From contig JBMOKT010000021.1 of NCBI GenBank assembly GCA_049323895.1, positions 193,219 to 257,218 on the forward strand: 64,000 nt of DNA, given 5' to 3'. This document shows positions 11,476 through 20,292 of the stretch, in pieces. The position numbers and the translations under genes are program-made. Each line of letters opens with the position of its first letter. Positions within the stretch are counted from its first letter, which is position 1. The notes under the pieces were generated by a model. That model did not search any database. It was given only the letters and a program-made list of their open reading frames with translations, and had not been told where the DNA came from. The stretch comes from Bacillota bacterium. GTDB lineage: Bacteria; Bacillota; Peptococcia; Peptococcales; BICA1-8.

Positions 11476-12048
11476 ATGAAAGACCTGATCAGAAAAAAAT
11501 ATAAAAAGTTGCGGCAAGATATTATTGAACAAGAAGCTGCAGAGAAAAGCCAAATTATTAGGGAAAAGCTGTTTGCATTGCCTTTTTGGGAAAATGCAAA
11601 AACAATTATGTGCTACTTATCTTTTAAGAACGAAGTAAATACCAAAATGATAATAGAAAGAGCCTGGCAGCAAAAAAAACAGGTAATAATACCCGTTTGC
11701 AAGGCTAATTCTTTTGAAATTATCCCCAGTATATTAAATTCTTTTGATGACCTGGAACCTAGAACCATGGGTATTTTAGAGCCTAAAGAAGGTAAATTAA
11801 TTAAAGCAGATCCTCTGACTATCGACCTTTGTATTATTCCTGGTGTAGCCTTTGACCCTTGGGGACACCGGGTCGGCTTTGGTGCAGGTTACTATGACCG
11901 CTTCCTGCCCCTGTTGAAAAAGGATACCCCCAAGATAGCCTTGTCCTATCAATTGCAAATTAGTCCGGAACCTTTGCCTAGCGATGGATATGATGTTCTG
12001 ATGGACTATATCTTAACAGAAAACAACTTCTACCAAATAAATCGGTGA
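11476..12048 (+). CDS. 5-formyltetrahydrofolate cyclo-ligase
   Basis: About 190 aa with the typical MTHFS C-terminal motifs (IPGVAFDPWGHRVGFGAGYYDRFL). Confidence 0.85.
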   Translation: MKDLIRKKYKKLRQDIIEQEAAEKSQIIREKLFALPFWENAKTIMCYLSFKNEVNTKMIIERAWQQKKQVIIPVCKANSFEIIPSILNSFDDLEPRTMGILEPKEGKLIKADPLTIDLCIIPGVAFDPWGHRVGFGAGYYDRFLPLLKKDTPKIALSYQLQISPEPLPSDGYDVLMDYILTENNFYQINR

Positions 12049-12062
12049 GGCTTTGCCTCACC
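12044..12062. terminator. hairpin between convergent genes
   Basis: GGTGAGGC ttt GCCTCACC spans the stop codon of the plus-strand gene and abuts the stop of the minus-strand gene. No strong T-run follows. Confidence 0.5.
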
Positions 12063-13433
12063 TTAGATTAAAACTACCTGGCAGCCTGTCAGTTCTTCCA
12101 ATTCCCACAAACCTCTCCCTGTAATATCCCTTCCATCCTTATCAAAAGCAATTGATGGCAGTATTAACACATCAGGTGTTCCTCTGTCTCCAAAAAGCAA
12201 TTTAAAAGCGGCAAGGAAATCGTTAATAATTAGTAATCCCGCACACTGGATATTACCACCAAAATACAGGTTTTTCACGGGTACTACCTGTAAATTTTCA
12301 ATGTCTGCAAAATTTTCTTGCAGTAACTTGTGACCTAGCTTTGAAGAGAATAGGACTAACTTTTCCCCCTTCATCCTATTAATGATAGATTGAATATCTT
12401 GGAGTAGTGAAAAAGGGATATCATAATCAAAAACCAACCCACTCTTTTCATTGGTAACCGTAAGCCTAGTCTGGCAACGCCCATGTTTTCCATTTATGCC
12501 CAAGTTATATTGAGCATTTTTTTGCAACATTTTAAAAGCTTCCACCCTGGAAAAGGGCTTCTTGCCATCAATAGCTTCTATTATATCGCCTTTAATAATT
12601 CCCGCCTTTTCTGCCGGACTGTTTCTAATTACACCAACTACCTCTGCCTCTAACCCACTAAGAAGAGATGGCTCAAAGGTAATAGGGCAGAGACAGAGAT
12701 TTTCCCGCCATTCTTTAATTTTGGCATCTAATTCATCCAGTAAATCCTTTCCGGGCAAGAGATTTTGGGGCGTGTATTTGGTAAAACCCGGCTTAAAGAC
12801 CCTAATGGTCTGGGCATTTGCATCACTTAAAAACTTCAGAGTTTCATATAGCTTATCAAAGCCTGTAACATGGGGCATTGCTACAATACTTCCATGAAAA
12901 GCGATATTATATTTACTCAGCACTTCCGGTGCCTTGCAGGCAATGGCAGCCCTTTTATCGTTCATAAGCCTTTCTCTCAATTGTAAATCTGCTATGTTGA
13001 TAGATAAATTAATTTCTAGGGGTTCCATTTCTTTTAATCGTTTTGCCAAATCTTCATCAAAAAAAGAGCCGTTACTTGTAAGCTGAATAATTGCCCGGGG
13101 ATAGGTATGGCGTATTAACTCTAAAGTTTCTATAATTTGCGGATGGGTGAATGGCTCCCCTTCCATAATCAAGCTTGCCGATTCTCCTATAACAATTTTC
13201 CTGTTCTTATCCAAAAAGCCAATTAAATCTTTTATTATATTAAACGGGAGAGGGGGCACACTCACAGCCCGTATTCCCGGGGGATTCTGTCTATGGCTGC
13301 AAAAAATGCACCTAACGTTACAAACAGAAGTCACTGGCAGAATATTATAGGTTTGCACTGTATGATACAAGAGCTGCATTAGCTGTGGATCCATCTTTTC
13401 GACCCCTTTCATCCAATGCAGTAATTGTATCAT
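12063..13433 (-). CDS. radical SAM protein with PDZ domain (DUF512-type)
   Basis: CNVRCIFCSH (CxxxCxxC) near the N-terminus and a PDZ-like segment GIIKGDIIEAIDGK. The true start may be the internal MDPQLMQ (13394). Confidence 0.75.
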   Translation of the reverse strand: MIQLLHWMKGVEKMDPQLMQLLYHTVQTYNILPVTSVCNVRCIFCSHRQNPPGIRAVSVPPLPFNIIKDLIGFLDKNRKIVIGESASLIMEGEPFTHPQIIETLELIRHTYPRAIIQLTSNGSFFDEDLAKRLKEMEPLEINLSINIADLQLRERLMNDKRAAIACKAPEVLSKYNIAFHGSIVAMPHVTGFDKLYETLKFLSDANAQTIRVFKPGFTKYTPQNLLPGKDLLDELDAKIKEWRENLCLCPITFEPSLLSGLEAEVVGVIRNSPAEKAGIIKGDIIEAIDGKKPFSRVEAFKMLQKNAQYNLGINGKHGRCQTRLTVTNEKSGLVFDYDIPFSLLQDIQSIINRMKGEKLVLFSSKLGHKLLQENFADIENLQVVPVKNLYFGGNIQCAGLLIINDFLAAFKLLFGDRGTPDVLILPSIAFDKDGRDITGRGLWELEELTGCQVVLI

Positions 13434-13586
13434 AAAAACGGAATAAAAAAGCGTTTAAGTGGCCAGTTGTTAGTGGCTAGTGGCTAGTAAAAAAACACCT
13501 CTTCGCTCAGCAAAATAAAAGAATCAAATACTTAAGAAATCCATATGGGAGACCAGCTAAAATATACTTGGTGAAGTTTTGGTCAG

Positions 13587-13617
13587 AAAAAGCAAGGCGC
13601 AGACACGACGTCTGCGC
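13587..13617 (-). terminator. rho-independent terminator of the fix operon
   Basis: The minus strand has stem GCGCAGAC / GTCTGCGC followed by CTTGCTTTTT. Confidence 0.7.
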
Positions 13618-13804
13618 TTAGGTTGCATTAACAACATCACTACCTTATTAGGGGCTGGTAAGAATTGTTCAGGACAAGGCGACGAGAAGGGGCAAAACCG
13701 GAGGCATTAATTGGGGACATTCCTCGTTCCAATATTATACCCTTTATTGAGGTGTGTCCCCTTCCTTTTTTACTGGGCAATTATCGCCAGCCCCTCACCA
13801 CACT

Positions 13805-14083
13805 TTAACCGAATTTGTACTGTATCCCAAACCCTCCCCGGGGGTTGCGCCAGTCAATAATATGGGGCGGGCAGGCATAGCGGCAGCTGCCGCATTCCAC
13901 ACAGCCTTCATAGGCTGTGAGAATGCGATTTTCCTCCTCACTCCAGGCATAAACCTTGGCGGGGCAGATATATGTACATGGCTTGAAATCACACTTTAAA
14001 CACTGCTCCCTGTCCACCAATCGAATGTGACTATGTTTATCCGATTGGTACCTGTTTAAAAATAATTTATCTTCCAGTCTCAT
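13805..14083 (-). CDS. fixX: ferredoxin-like protein FixX
   Basis: ORF trimmed to the ATG at 14083, which forms an ATGA overlap with the fixC stop. The Cys pattern CLKCDFKPCTYICP...CVECGSCRYACP is typical of FixX. Confidence 0.85.
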   Translation of the reverse strand: MRLEDKLFLNRYQSDKHSHIRLVDREQCLKCDFKPCTYICPAKVYAWSEEENRILTAYEGCVECGSCRYACPPHIIDWRNPRGGFGIQYKFG

Positions 14084-15384
14084 CCTAAAACCCTCCAAAT
14101 CCTGTAGAGGTCTTTGACCAAATCCCACTTAGGTCTTTGTTCAAATACTTTTTTCATAATAATTCGCTGTTTTTCCCTTTTAGGTATATTGTCAATTGTA
14201 AAGAATTCTTTGCCTACGATGCTTGCCAGCCTTGGGTAGAGGTAAAACAGTTCGGGATTTTCTTCAAAATAACCTGAGGAATGCTGGTATTTTTGCAAAT
14301 CCTTAATGACAAAGGTTTCCTCTAACCTCTTTTGATATTCAGCTAAGGAGTTAATTGTAAAATCACCTTTCTCAAAGGCTTTTACTATAACTTCCCCTGC
14401 TACTTTTCCGGAAATTAAAGCTAAGTTGGATCCTTCCCTATGAAGACCGTTAACCATTTGGGCTGCATCACCTACAATAACAACCCCATTGCCATACAAT
14501 TTAGGCATTGCTTTATATCCACCTTCAGGAATCATATGACCCAGGTATTCCTTTACTTCACCACCGTGGATTAATGGCTTTACCGCCGGGTGTTTTTTGA
14601 GATTTTCCAGTAAGTCGTTGGGGTTAAGTTTTCTATTAATAAGGTGGGACATTAACGCCCCTACACCAATGGAAATACTCTCGTGATTGGTATAAATAAA
14701 TGCAGTTCCCACCATACCTTTGGTAGCTTCACCAATAATTTCTATGGTTGCCCCCTGCCCATCCTCCAGTCCAAATCGATCTTCAATCTTTTCTTTAGGC
14801 AAGGATATTACTTCCTTAACGGCTACGGCCAAGTAATCCCAGGCTAAATACCCTTTCTGCATTCCCAGAGCTTCTTGGGTAAGCATACTGTTTACCCCTT
14901 CTGCCATTACCACTGCATCAGCATATACGTTGCCATCAGGTCTGCCCGTTTTTACACCTATTACTTTACCATCCTCTTTGATAACATCTTCAACTACAGT
15001 TTCACAGATTAATAAGGCTCCTGCTTGTTCCACCTTACGCCCCATCCACCGGTCAAATTTTGCCCTTAAAACGGTAAATGCATTGTAAGGCTGGTCGGCA
15101 AATTCCTGGGTTCGATATCCAACCTTTGAAACTGCATTGTCGGTTGTAAACCAATAATTTGACTCTACTACAGGCCGCTCTAATGGTGCTTCTTCCCAAA
15201 ACTTAGGAAATACCTGTTCTGTTGCCTGCCGGTAAAGAACGCCGCCCATGACATTTTTGGCTCCCGGGTATTCTCCCCTTTCAAACACTATAACCTTAAG
15301 ACCGTTGTTTGCCATTGTATATGCCGCTGCCAAACCTGCAGGACCGGCACCCACAACTATTGCATCAAACTTTTCTTGAACCAC
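14080..15384 (-). CDS. fixC: FAD-dependent ETF-quinone oxidoreductase-like FixC
   Basis: N-terminal FAD fold FDAIVVGAGPAGLAAA, ~430 aa, located between etfA and fixX. Confidence 0.88.
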   Translation of the reverse strand: MVQEKFDAIVVGAGPAGLAAAYTMANNGLKVIVFERGEYPGAKNVMGGVLYRQATEQVFPKFWEEAPLERPVVESNYWFTTDNAVSKVGYRTQEFADQPYNAFTVLRAKFDRWMGRKVEQAGALLICETVVEDVIKEDGKVIGVKTGRPDGNVYADAVVMAEGVNSMLTQEALGMQKGYLAWDYLAVAVKEVISLPKEKIEDRFGLEDGQGATIEIIGEATKGMVGTAFIYTNHESISIGVGALMSHLINRKLNPNDLLENLKKHPAVKPLIHGGEVKEYLGHMIPEGGYKAMPKLYGNGVVIVGDAAQMVNGLHREGSNLALISGKVAGEVIVKAFEKGDFTINSLAEYQKRLEETFVIKDLQKYQHSSGYFEENPELFYLYPRLASIVGKEFFTIDNIPKREKQRIIMKKVFEQRPKWDLVKDLYRIWRVLG

Positions 15385-15396
15385 ATTATTCCCCCC

Positions 15397-16644
15397 TTAA
15401 GACCCCAGCTTCCGGCGGAACTCTTCCGTCAGAAGGGGTAGAATTTTTTGGAACTCACCAACAATACCATAGTTGGCTATTTTAAAGATGGGGGCATCGG
15501 GGTCATTATTTATTGCTACAATTACATCTGCTGTCTGCATACCCACCAAATGCTGAATAGCACCTGAAATGCCTATGGCAAAATAAACCTTGGGTCTTAC
15601 GGTAGCTCCTGTCTGCCCTACTTGATGTGCAACATCAATCCAGCCGGCCTCTACGGCAGCCCGAGAGGCACCAACTGTTCCACCCAGGACCTTGGCTAAA
15701 TCATTTATGTATTTAAAGTTTTCCTGGGTACCCATTCCTTTACCGCCGGCAACAATTATCTCCGCCCGGTCTAGATAAACGGCACTGCCACCCTGGGCTA
15801 CAAATTCCAGGACCTTAGTAAAAATATTTTCCTCCTGCAAATCAATTGTTTCCTCAATCAAAGTACCCGTACGCCCAGCCTTTTTTTCAGGCATAGGCAT
15901 TACCCTTGGTCTTACACTGGCCATTTGCGGGCGGTGGTTCCTGCAAACAATAGTAGCCATGACATTACCGCCAAAGGCCGGTCTAGTTTGCATAAGAAGC
16001 CTGGATTCCTTTTCGATTTTCAACTCAGTACAATCAGCAGTCAATCCTGTTTCAACCTTTGTGGCTACATGACCTGCCAAATCCCTGCCTTGGGTTGTGG
16101 CAGCCATCAGTACTATTTCCGGTTTGTATTTTTTTATCAGCTTGGCCAACGATTCGGAGTAAGGCTCTGTACGATAATCCTTCAATACTGGGTTATCAAT
16201 CAGATAAACCTTATCAGCACCATATTCATATATCTGACCTACTTTGTCTTTAATATTGCTGCCTAAAAATACTCCACACAAATCCACGCCTAAGTCATCA
16301 GCTAATTTCTTCCCGGCACCTAAAAGCTCCCAAGATACTTCGGCAATTTCGCCATAGCTTTGCTCTATTAAAACCCAGACACCAAAATATGCATTGACCA
16401 TGGGGTCCAAGGGCTTGTAGTCCTTTATTTTATCGACAGCTTCTTTCACCGTTTCCTGCGGCTCTTTCCGGCTATCCAAGGTTAGAGCTGCTGTTGGGCA
16501 TACTGCCACACACGCACCACAGTCGGTACACTTTTCCGGGTCGACAACTGCGATGCCATCTTTTAAATCCAAGGCATCAAAGGGACAGGTTTGTACACAC
16601 GCCCCACAGCCTATACAATTCTTTTTTATTACTTCAACGGTCAT
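15397..16644 (-). CDS. etfA: electron transfer flavoprotein alpha subunit (FixB/EtfA) with an N-terminal 2x[4Fe-4S] ferredoxin domain
   Basis: CIGCGACVQTCP and CTDCGACVAVCP in the first 60 aa, then an EtfA core (AGGKGMG, SRAAVEAGW, QVGQTG, AIGISGAIQH). Confidence 0.9.
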   Translation of the reverse strand: MTVEVIKKNCIGCGACVQTCPFDALDLKDGIAVVDPEKCTDCGACVAVCPTAALTLDSRKEPQETVKEAVDKIKDYKPLDPMVNAYFGVWVLIEQSYGEIAEVSWELLGAGKKLADDLGVDLCGVFLGSNIKDKVGQIYEYGADKVYLIDNPVLKDYRTEPYSESLAKLIKKYKPEIVLMAATTQGRDLAGHVATKVETGLTADCTELKIEKESRLLMQTRPAFGGNVMATIVCRNHRPQMASVRPRVMPMPEKKAGRTGTLIEETIDLQEENIFTKVLEFVAQGGSAVYLDRAEIIVAGGKGMGTQENFKYINDLAKVLGGTVGASRAAVEAGWIDVAHQVGQTGATVRPKVYFAIGISGAIQHLVGMQTADVIVAINNDPDAPIFKIANYGIVGEFQKILPLLTEEFRRKLGS

Positions 16645-16659
16645 TTAGTGACCAACTCC

Positions 16660-16865
16660 TTTTCTTCTGGGTGAATATTGTTAGTCTGATTTTTTTCTTG
16701 GGTGAAGAATATTAGTCTGATATTGCTTTTGGGTTAAGATTGTTAGTCTGAATTGCTTGAGGGTGAGGATTGCTAGTCTGACTAGCTTATGGGTGAACAT
16801 TGTTAGATTGTCAGACCCAAAACATTACTCCTTGGACGTGTCAGACGCAACATCTGACCCGTAAG
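16660..16865 (+). repeat. family-B ~30-bp mosaic repeat array inside the etfB-etfA spacer
   Basis: There are five units of (C)TTNTGGGTGAANATTGTTAGTCTGA plus a linker, followed by the module GTCAGACCCAAAACATTACTCCTTGGACGTGTCAGACGCAACATCTGACCC. Confidence 0.85.
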
Positions 16866-17681
16866 CTAATTGGGTATCACCTCTAAAGGAATAAGTTTTT
16901 CAACTAGTGTTTTAACAGCTTGTTCTGGATTCTCTTGCCCGCCGGGGATTATTTCCCCCCCACCCCTTTCGGGTGGTGCAAAAATATTCCGTACCATAGT
17001 AGGTGAACCTTTTAATCCCAGTTTTTCAGCTTCGAAATCAAGCTGGTTTTTATCCCATATCTTACATTGATAACGGGCGGCTCTAATTAAATTATCCAAG
17101 CCGGCATACCTGAGTTCGTTGATGTCCTTAACTACTGTGAGTAATGCAGGAAGTTTAGTCTCAGCCAGCTCTTTGCCGTTTTTTACTTTGCGATAAGCTT
17201 TTATTTTTTCTTCCTGAACATCTATAGTGGAGATTTCCATAACATAAGAGAGCTGGGGCAGATTCATCCTTGCAGCAATCCCCGGACCAACCTGGGCTGT
17301 ATCTCCGTCGACAGCCTGTTTACCGCATAAAACAATGTCAACTTTTTCTTCCTTGTCCAACCTTTCGATAGCCTTAGTCAGCACATAGCTGGTAGCTAAT
17401 GTGTCCGCCCCGGCAAAAGCCCTGTCGCTTAATAAAATTGCCTCATCAGCACCGTAACCCACTGCCTTTTTCAAGGCTTCCAAGGCCATGGAGGGTCCCA
17501 TGGTAATTACAGTTACTTTGCCGCCATATTTATCCTTGAGTTGTAGTGCCGCCTCTAAAGCATGGATATCATAAGGATTAATAATGGCAGGGACACCCTC
17601 CCGGATTAGTGTATTTGTTTCCGGATCTATTCTAACTTCCGTAGTATCTGGAACCTGTTTTAAGCAAACTACATAGTGCAT
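16866..17681 (-). CDS. etfB: electron transfer flavoprotein beta subunit (FixA/EtfB)
   Basis: VCLKQVPDT... is a typical EtfB N-terminus; ~270 aa. Confidence 0.92.
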   Translation of the reverse strand: MHYVVCLKQVPDTTEVRIDPETNTLIREGVPAIINPYDIHALEAALQLKDKYGGKVTVITMGPSMALEALKKAVGYGADEAILLSDRAFAGADTLATSYVLTKAIERLDKEEKVDIVLCGKQAVDGDTAQVGPGIAARMNLPQLSYVMEISTIDVQEEKIKAYRKVKNGKELAETKLPALLTVVKDINELRYAGLDNLIRAARYQCKIWDKNQLDFEAEKLGLKGSPTMVRNIFAPPERGGGEIIPGGQENPEQAVKTLVEKLIPLEVIPN

Positions 17682-17797
17682 ATTCCTTCCCTCCCTATCT
17701 TAAATTTTTCTTCAAACTTCTTTATTTTATGTGATTTAAGTCATATTATTTTTTACCCCACATATATTTTTATAAAACAAAATTTTTTATTAAAGAA

Positions 17798-17982
17798 CTA
17801 TCCACACTATCCACAATTTTTTCCACAGGCTGAACAGCCAGCCTTGCCCCTCCCTATTATATTTTCCACATTTTCCACAGGAAGATGTGGTTTTTACGCT
17901 GCAAAAATTCCACACAAAAAAAAGCCTATAATTCTGGGTTATTCACAACTTTATCCACATTATCCACAGGGAAAAGTCCACA
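17798..17982 (+). promoter_or_regulatory. cluster of ten same-orientation DnaA-box-like 9-mers
   Basis: There are two perfect TTATCCACA boxes (17951-17959, 17960-17968). The others are CTATCCACA x2 (17798, 17807), TTTTCCACA x3 (17819, 17862, 17871), AATTCCACA (17906), TTATTCACA (17939) and AAGTCCACA (17974). A very AT-rich stretch at 17700-17797 precedes them. Confidence 0.6.
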
Positions 17983-18119
17983 AAACATCTGTTCTTTTTT
18001 TTGTTAAGCACTTTACTATTCGCATAAAGCGACATTTTTAGTTCTTGACAAAAAAAAACCAGGATAATTAGTCCTGTTTTTTCCTACCCTCAAAGTCTTA
18101 TTCCTATAGTACTTGAGTC

Positions 18120-18506
18120 CTATTTAAGCATATTCTTGTGGACAATCTCCATAAATGTTTTCATGTCGCCGGTAGAAATATTTTTTTCTTTCATTTCCTT
18201 AGCCAATCGTATATACTCAATGTTTTCCTCATGTAAGATGAAATCTCTTAAATCTATGTCCGTCAGGTTATAAAGATGAGGTTTTTGTTCTTGATTATCC
18301 AAATCCTCTAAAATAATTCCGGGATTTACATTCAGGGCCGCTGAAATTTTAAAAAGACTTTTTAAAGAAGGTGTAGTCTTACCATTTTCAATTAGACTGA
18401 TATATTGTTGGCTTAAACCCGCCATTTCAGCTAAATTTAAGGTGGACAAGCCCTTTTCAAAACGGATTTTTCTAATTTTTGCACCAATATTAATCTCTTC
18501 CAACAA
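18120..18506 (-). CDS. XRE-family HTH transcriptional regulator
   Basis: N-terminal HTH_3 pattern (IRKIRFEKGLSTLNLAEMAGLSQQYISLIENGKTTPSLKSLFKISAALNV). Confidence 0.85.
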   Translation of the reverse strand: MLEEINIGAKIRKIRFEKGLSTLNLAEMAGLSQQYISLIENGKTTPSLKSLFKISAALNVNPGIILEDLDNQEQKPHLYNLTDIDLRDFILHEENIEYIRLAKEMKEKNISTGDMKTFMEIVHKNMLK

Positions 18507-18654
18507 AAATCACCCCGTGCAACAAGTATTTGTTAAATTATCCTTGCAATTGTACAAGTATATCTTGTATAATGTTTATAAAATTTTCCTTAATATCTTC
18601 ACTATTAATGCACATTATATAGTAAAGTATATTAAGAGTACTAGGAGTAGGAAT

Positions 18655-18822
18655 ATGGAAAATAGCAAAGAATTACTAATTGAAATCGAAAAACTCAGGG
18701 CACAGCTTCATAAGATTATTGAGCTTTCCGGCGGGAATTTGCTGTCAGCACAGGTTTTAGAAGCCAGCCAAAAGCTGGACCGCGTTTTAGTAACTTTTCT
18801 TAAGAATGAAAAGAAACTATAA
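18655..18822 (+). CDS. Spo0E-like sporulation regulatory aspartyl-phosphate phosphatase (55 aa)
   Basis: Tracked ORF trimmed to the ATG at 18655, with RBS AGGAG upstream. IEKLRAQLHKIIE...LLSAQVLEASQKLDRVL resembles the Spo0E family SQELD-type helix (here SQKLD). Confidence 0.65.
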   Translation: MENSKELLIEIEKLRAQLHKIIELSGGNLLSAQVLEASQKLDRVLVTFLKNEKKL

Positions 18823-18935
18823 TAAAATTATATACTATTGGCGGATGAAAATAGTAATAATACTTGACTCTTAAATTGTATCACGCCCCTTCGAAAAAAA
18901 ATACACGAACTTTAATTCTGATTGGGTGAGTTATT

Positions 18936-19124
18936 ATGATAAAACAACTACGCCAAGAGAAGGGTTTAACCCAAGAAACTTTGGCTAAAGAATTAAATAT
19001 TACTCTAAGGCACTTCCAAAACATTGAGAATGGCAAAACTACACCTAGTGTTATTATCGGTTTGAAAATAGCTAAAATTTTAGGGTGTGATCCTTATGAC
19101 CTATTTATAATCGACAAAAACTGA
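18936..19124 (+). CDS. small XRE-family HTH protein (62 aa)
   Basis: IKQLRQEKGLTQETLAKELNITLRHFQNIENGKTTPS. Confidence 0.8.
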   Translation: MIKQLRQEKGLTQETLAKELNITLRHFQNIENGKTTPSVIIGLKIAKILGCDPYDLFIIDKN

Positions 19125-19143
19125 GCAAAATGCTCAGTTTTTT
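19121..19143 (+). terminator. rho-independent terminator
   Basis: CTGAGCA aaa TGCTCAG followed by TTTTTT. Confidence 0.8.
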
Positions 19144-19344
19144 CTATACTTAGTTGGAAAGTATTACTTTTTTCAAGGAAATAAGTATAAGTGCAACATC
19201 TGCTTCCGCAGTCGCCAGAGGCTCGGCGCAAGCCGTGTTTTTCTAATACTTATTTGGATTAATTACTTTCTATGGAAATAAGTATAAGTGCAACATCTGC
19301 TTCCGCAGTCGCCAGAGGCTCGGCGCAAGCAGTGTTTTTCTAAA
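19144..19344 (+). repeat. family-C structured element, two tandem copies
   Basis: Copies at 19144-19246 and 19247-19344 each contain ATACTTA...AATAAGTATAAGTGCAACATCTGCTTCCGCAGTCGCCAGAGGCTCGGCGCAAGC(C/A)GTGTTTTTCTAA. Confidence 0.9.
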
Positions 19345-20134
19345 ATGGAATTTGTTTGGGTACACCCTTTTCAAAAACCCAGATGCCTTTAAAATCTAAA
19401 CTTTTTAGAATATTAATGCCTCTCCCTAAATCCTGTCCTAAATGTTCTAAATGATGCGCATCAGAACCTAGGGTGACAATCTCACCCCCTTGTTCCTTAT
19501 ACATCTTAATAACCTCAATTGTTGGCAGAGGTTCCCCCAGTCCTTGTCTATAACCTGAGGTATTTATTTCTATCCCTTTTCCGCTGTCAATGGCTGCTTT
19601 TAAAATTTCTCTCATAATTTCTCGGTAGTCCTCCGCCTTGAACTTTTGAAAATGCCGCGGAACATATCTTTTGAGGACATCAATATGACCAAGGACGTGG
19701 AATTTGCCTTTGCGGGCAGCTTCCAATACCTCCTGGAAATAATCCAAATACACCTGTTGTTCATCTTCATCGCCATAATCACGGTGGAGTAAAAACTCAC
19801 CTATATAATGAACTGATCCGATTAAGAAATCAAAATCCTTATTAGCAATTAACTTTTCATGCTCCTCCAAGTACAAATGTGGTTCTCCTAGCTCCAATCC
19901 CTTTTTTATTACAAGGCTTTTAGCATAACGCTGCCGGCATTGTTCAATCTCCTGAGAATATTTGCTAAAGTCAAAAAGACCTAAGCCCTCGTCCAGAGGG
20001 TTAAGGTCAAAATGCTCCGTGAAAACTACCTCCTGCAGCCCTATTTCTATGGCCTTTCTGCAATATGCATCCATGGAAACTACACTGTCAAAGGAATTAT
20101 TGGTATGAACATGATAATCAGCTAGATAAGACAT
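19340..20134 (-). CDS. histidinol-phosphatase, PHP family (HisJ/HisK-like)
   Basis: DYHVHTNNSFDS N-terminus, internal GSVH and GSDAH metal-ligand motifs, ~265 aa. Confidence 0.8.
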   Translation of the reverse strand: MSYLADYHVHTNNSFDSVVSMDAYCRKAIEIGLQEVVFTEHFDLNPLDEGLGLFDFSKYSQEIEQCRQRYAKSLVIKKGLELGEPHLYLEEHEKLIANKDFDFLIGSVHYIGEFLLHRDYGDEDEQQVYLDYFQEVLEAARKGKFHVLGHIDVLKRYVPRHFQKFKAEDYREIMREILKAAIDSGKGIEINTSGYRQGLGEPLPTIEVIKMYKEQGGEIVTLGSDAHHLEHLGQDLGRGINILKSLDFKGIWVFEKGVPKQIPF

Positions 20135-20147
20135 TTTACCTCCATTT

Positions 20148-20290
20148 TTGTCAGTCTTTAAAGATAGATTATTAGTCTGACAAATACTAATACTGCAAGC
20201 CTTCGGGTCTGATGTACTTCTTGGTCATTTTATTGCGTCTGACAGCAGCATATTTAAGAATATCAGACTAATAATGTTCACCTATAAGCA
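20148..20290. repeat. family-B mosaic repeat with both orientations present
   Basis: GATAGATTATTAGTCTGACA (forward unit), GGGTCTGATGTACTTCTTGGTCATTTTATTGCGTCTGACA, and ATATCAGACTAATAATGTTCACC (reverse unit). Confidence 0.8.
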
Positions 20291-20292
20291 AA

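Noticed and set aside
13620-13800. Possible plus-strand small RNA or riboswitch in the fixX-radical SAM spacer (hairpin GGGGACA...TGTCCCC plus T-run at about 13725-13785)
   Set aside because: There is no recognisable Rfam-like core and no plus-strand gene downstream. It is more simply part of the fix operon 3' UTR, so I did not call it as a feature.
13754-13999. ORFs 13754..13999 (+) and 13795..13992 (-) overlapping fixX
   Set aside because: The FixX frame carries the conserved ferredoxin-like Cys motifs. The alternative frames have no support.
16660-16865. CRISPR array hypothesis for the ~30-bp family-B repeat arrays (also 28218-28410 and 34805-35178)
   Set aside because: The units abut each other with only 8-10 nt degenerate linkers and there are no unique 30-40 bp spacers. 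The repeats themselves are degenerate, the arrays occur in both orientations and inside operons, and no cas genes are nearby.
17700-17990. Chromosomal replication origin (oriC)
   Set aside because: The window has no dnaA or dnaN. Genes on both sides of the cluster are on the same (minus) strand, so there is no leading-strand switch. I keep it only as a secondary DnaA-box cluster or a repeat look-alike.
17676-18041. Repeat-borne ORFs: 17676..18041, 8876..9061, 29121..29351, 34880..35068, 11270..11452, 37176..37406 and 7129..7380
   Set aside because: They lie entirely within tandem repeats, AT-rich spacers, or antisense to real genes. Their translations are repetitive (for example YPHYPQ from the CCACA boxes) and lack RBS context.
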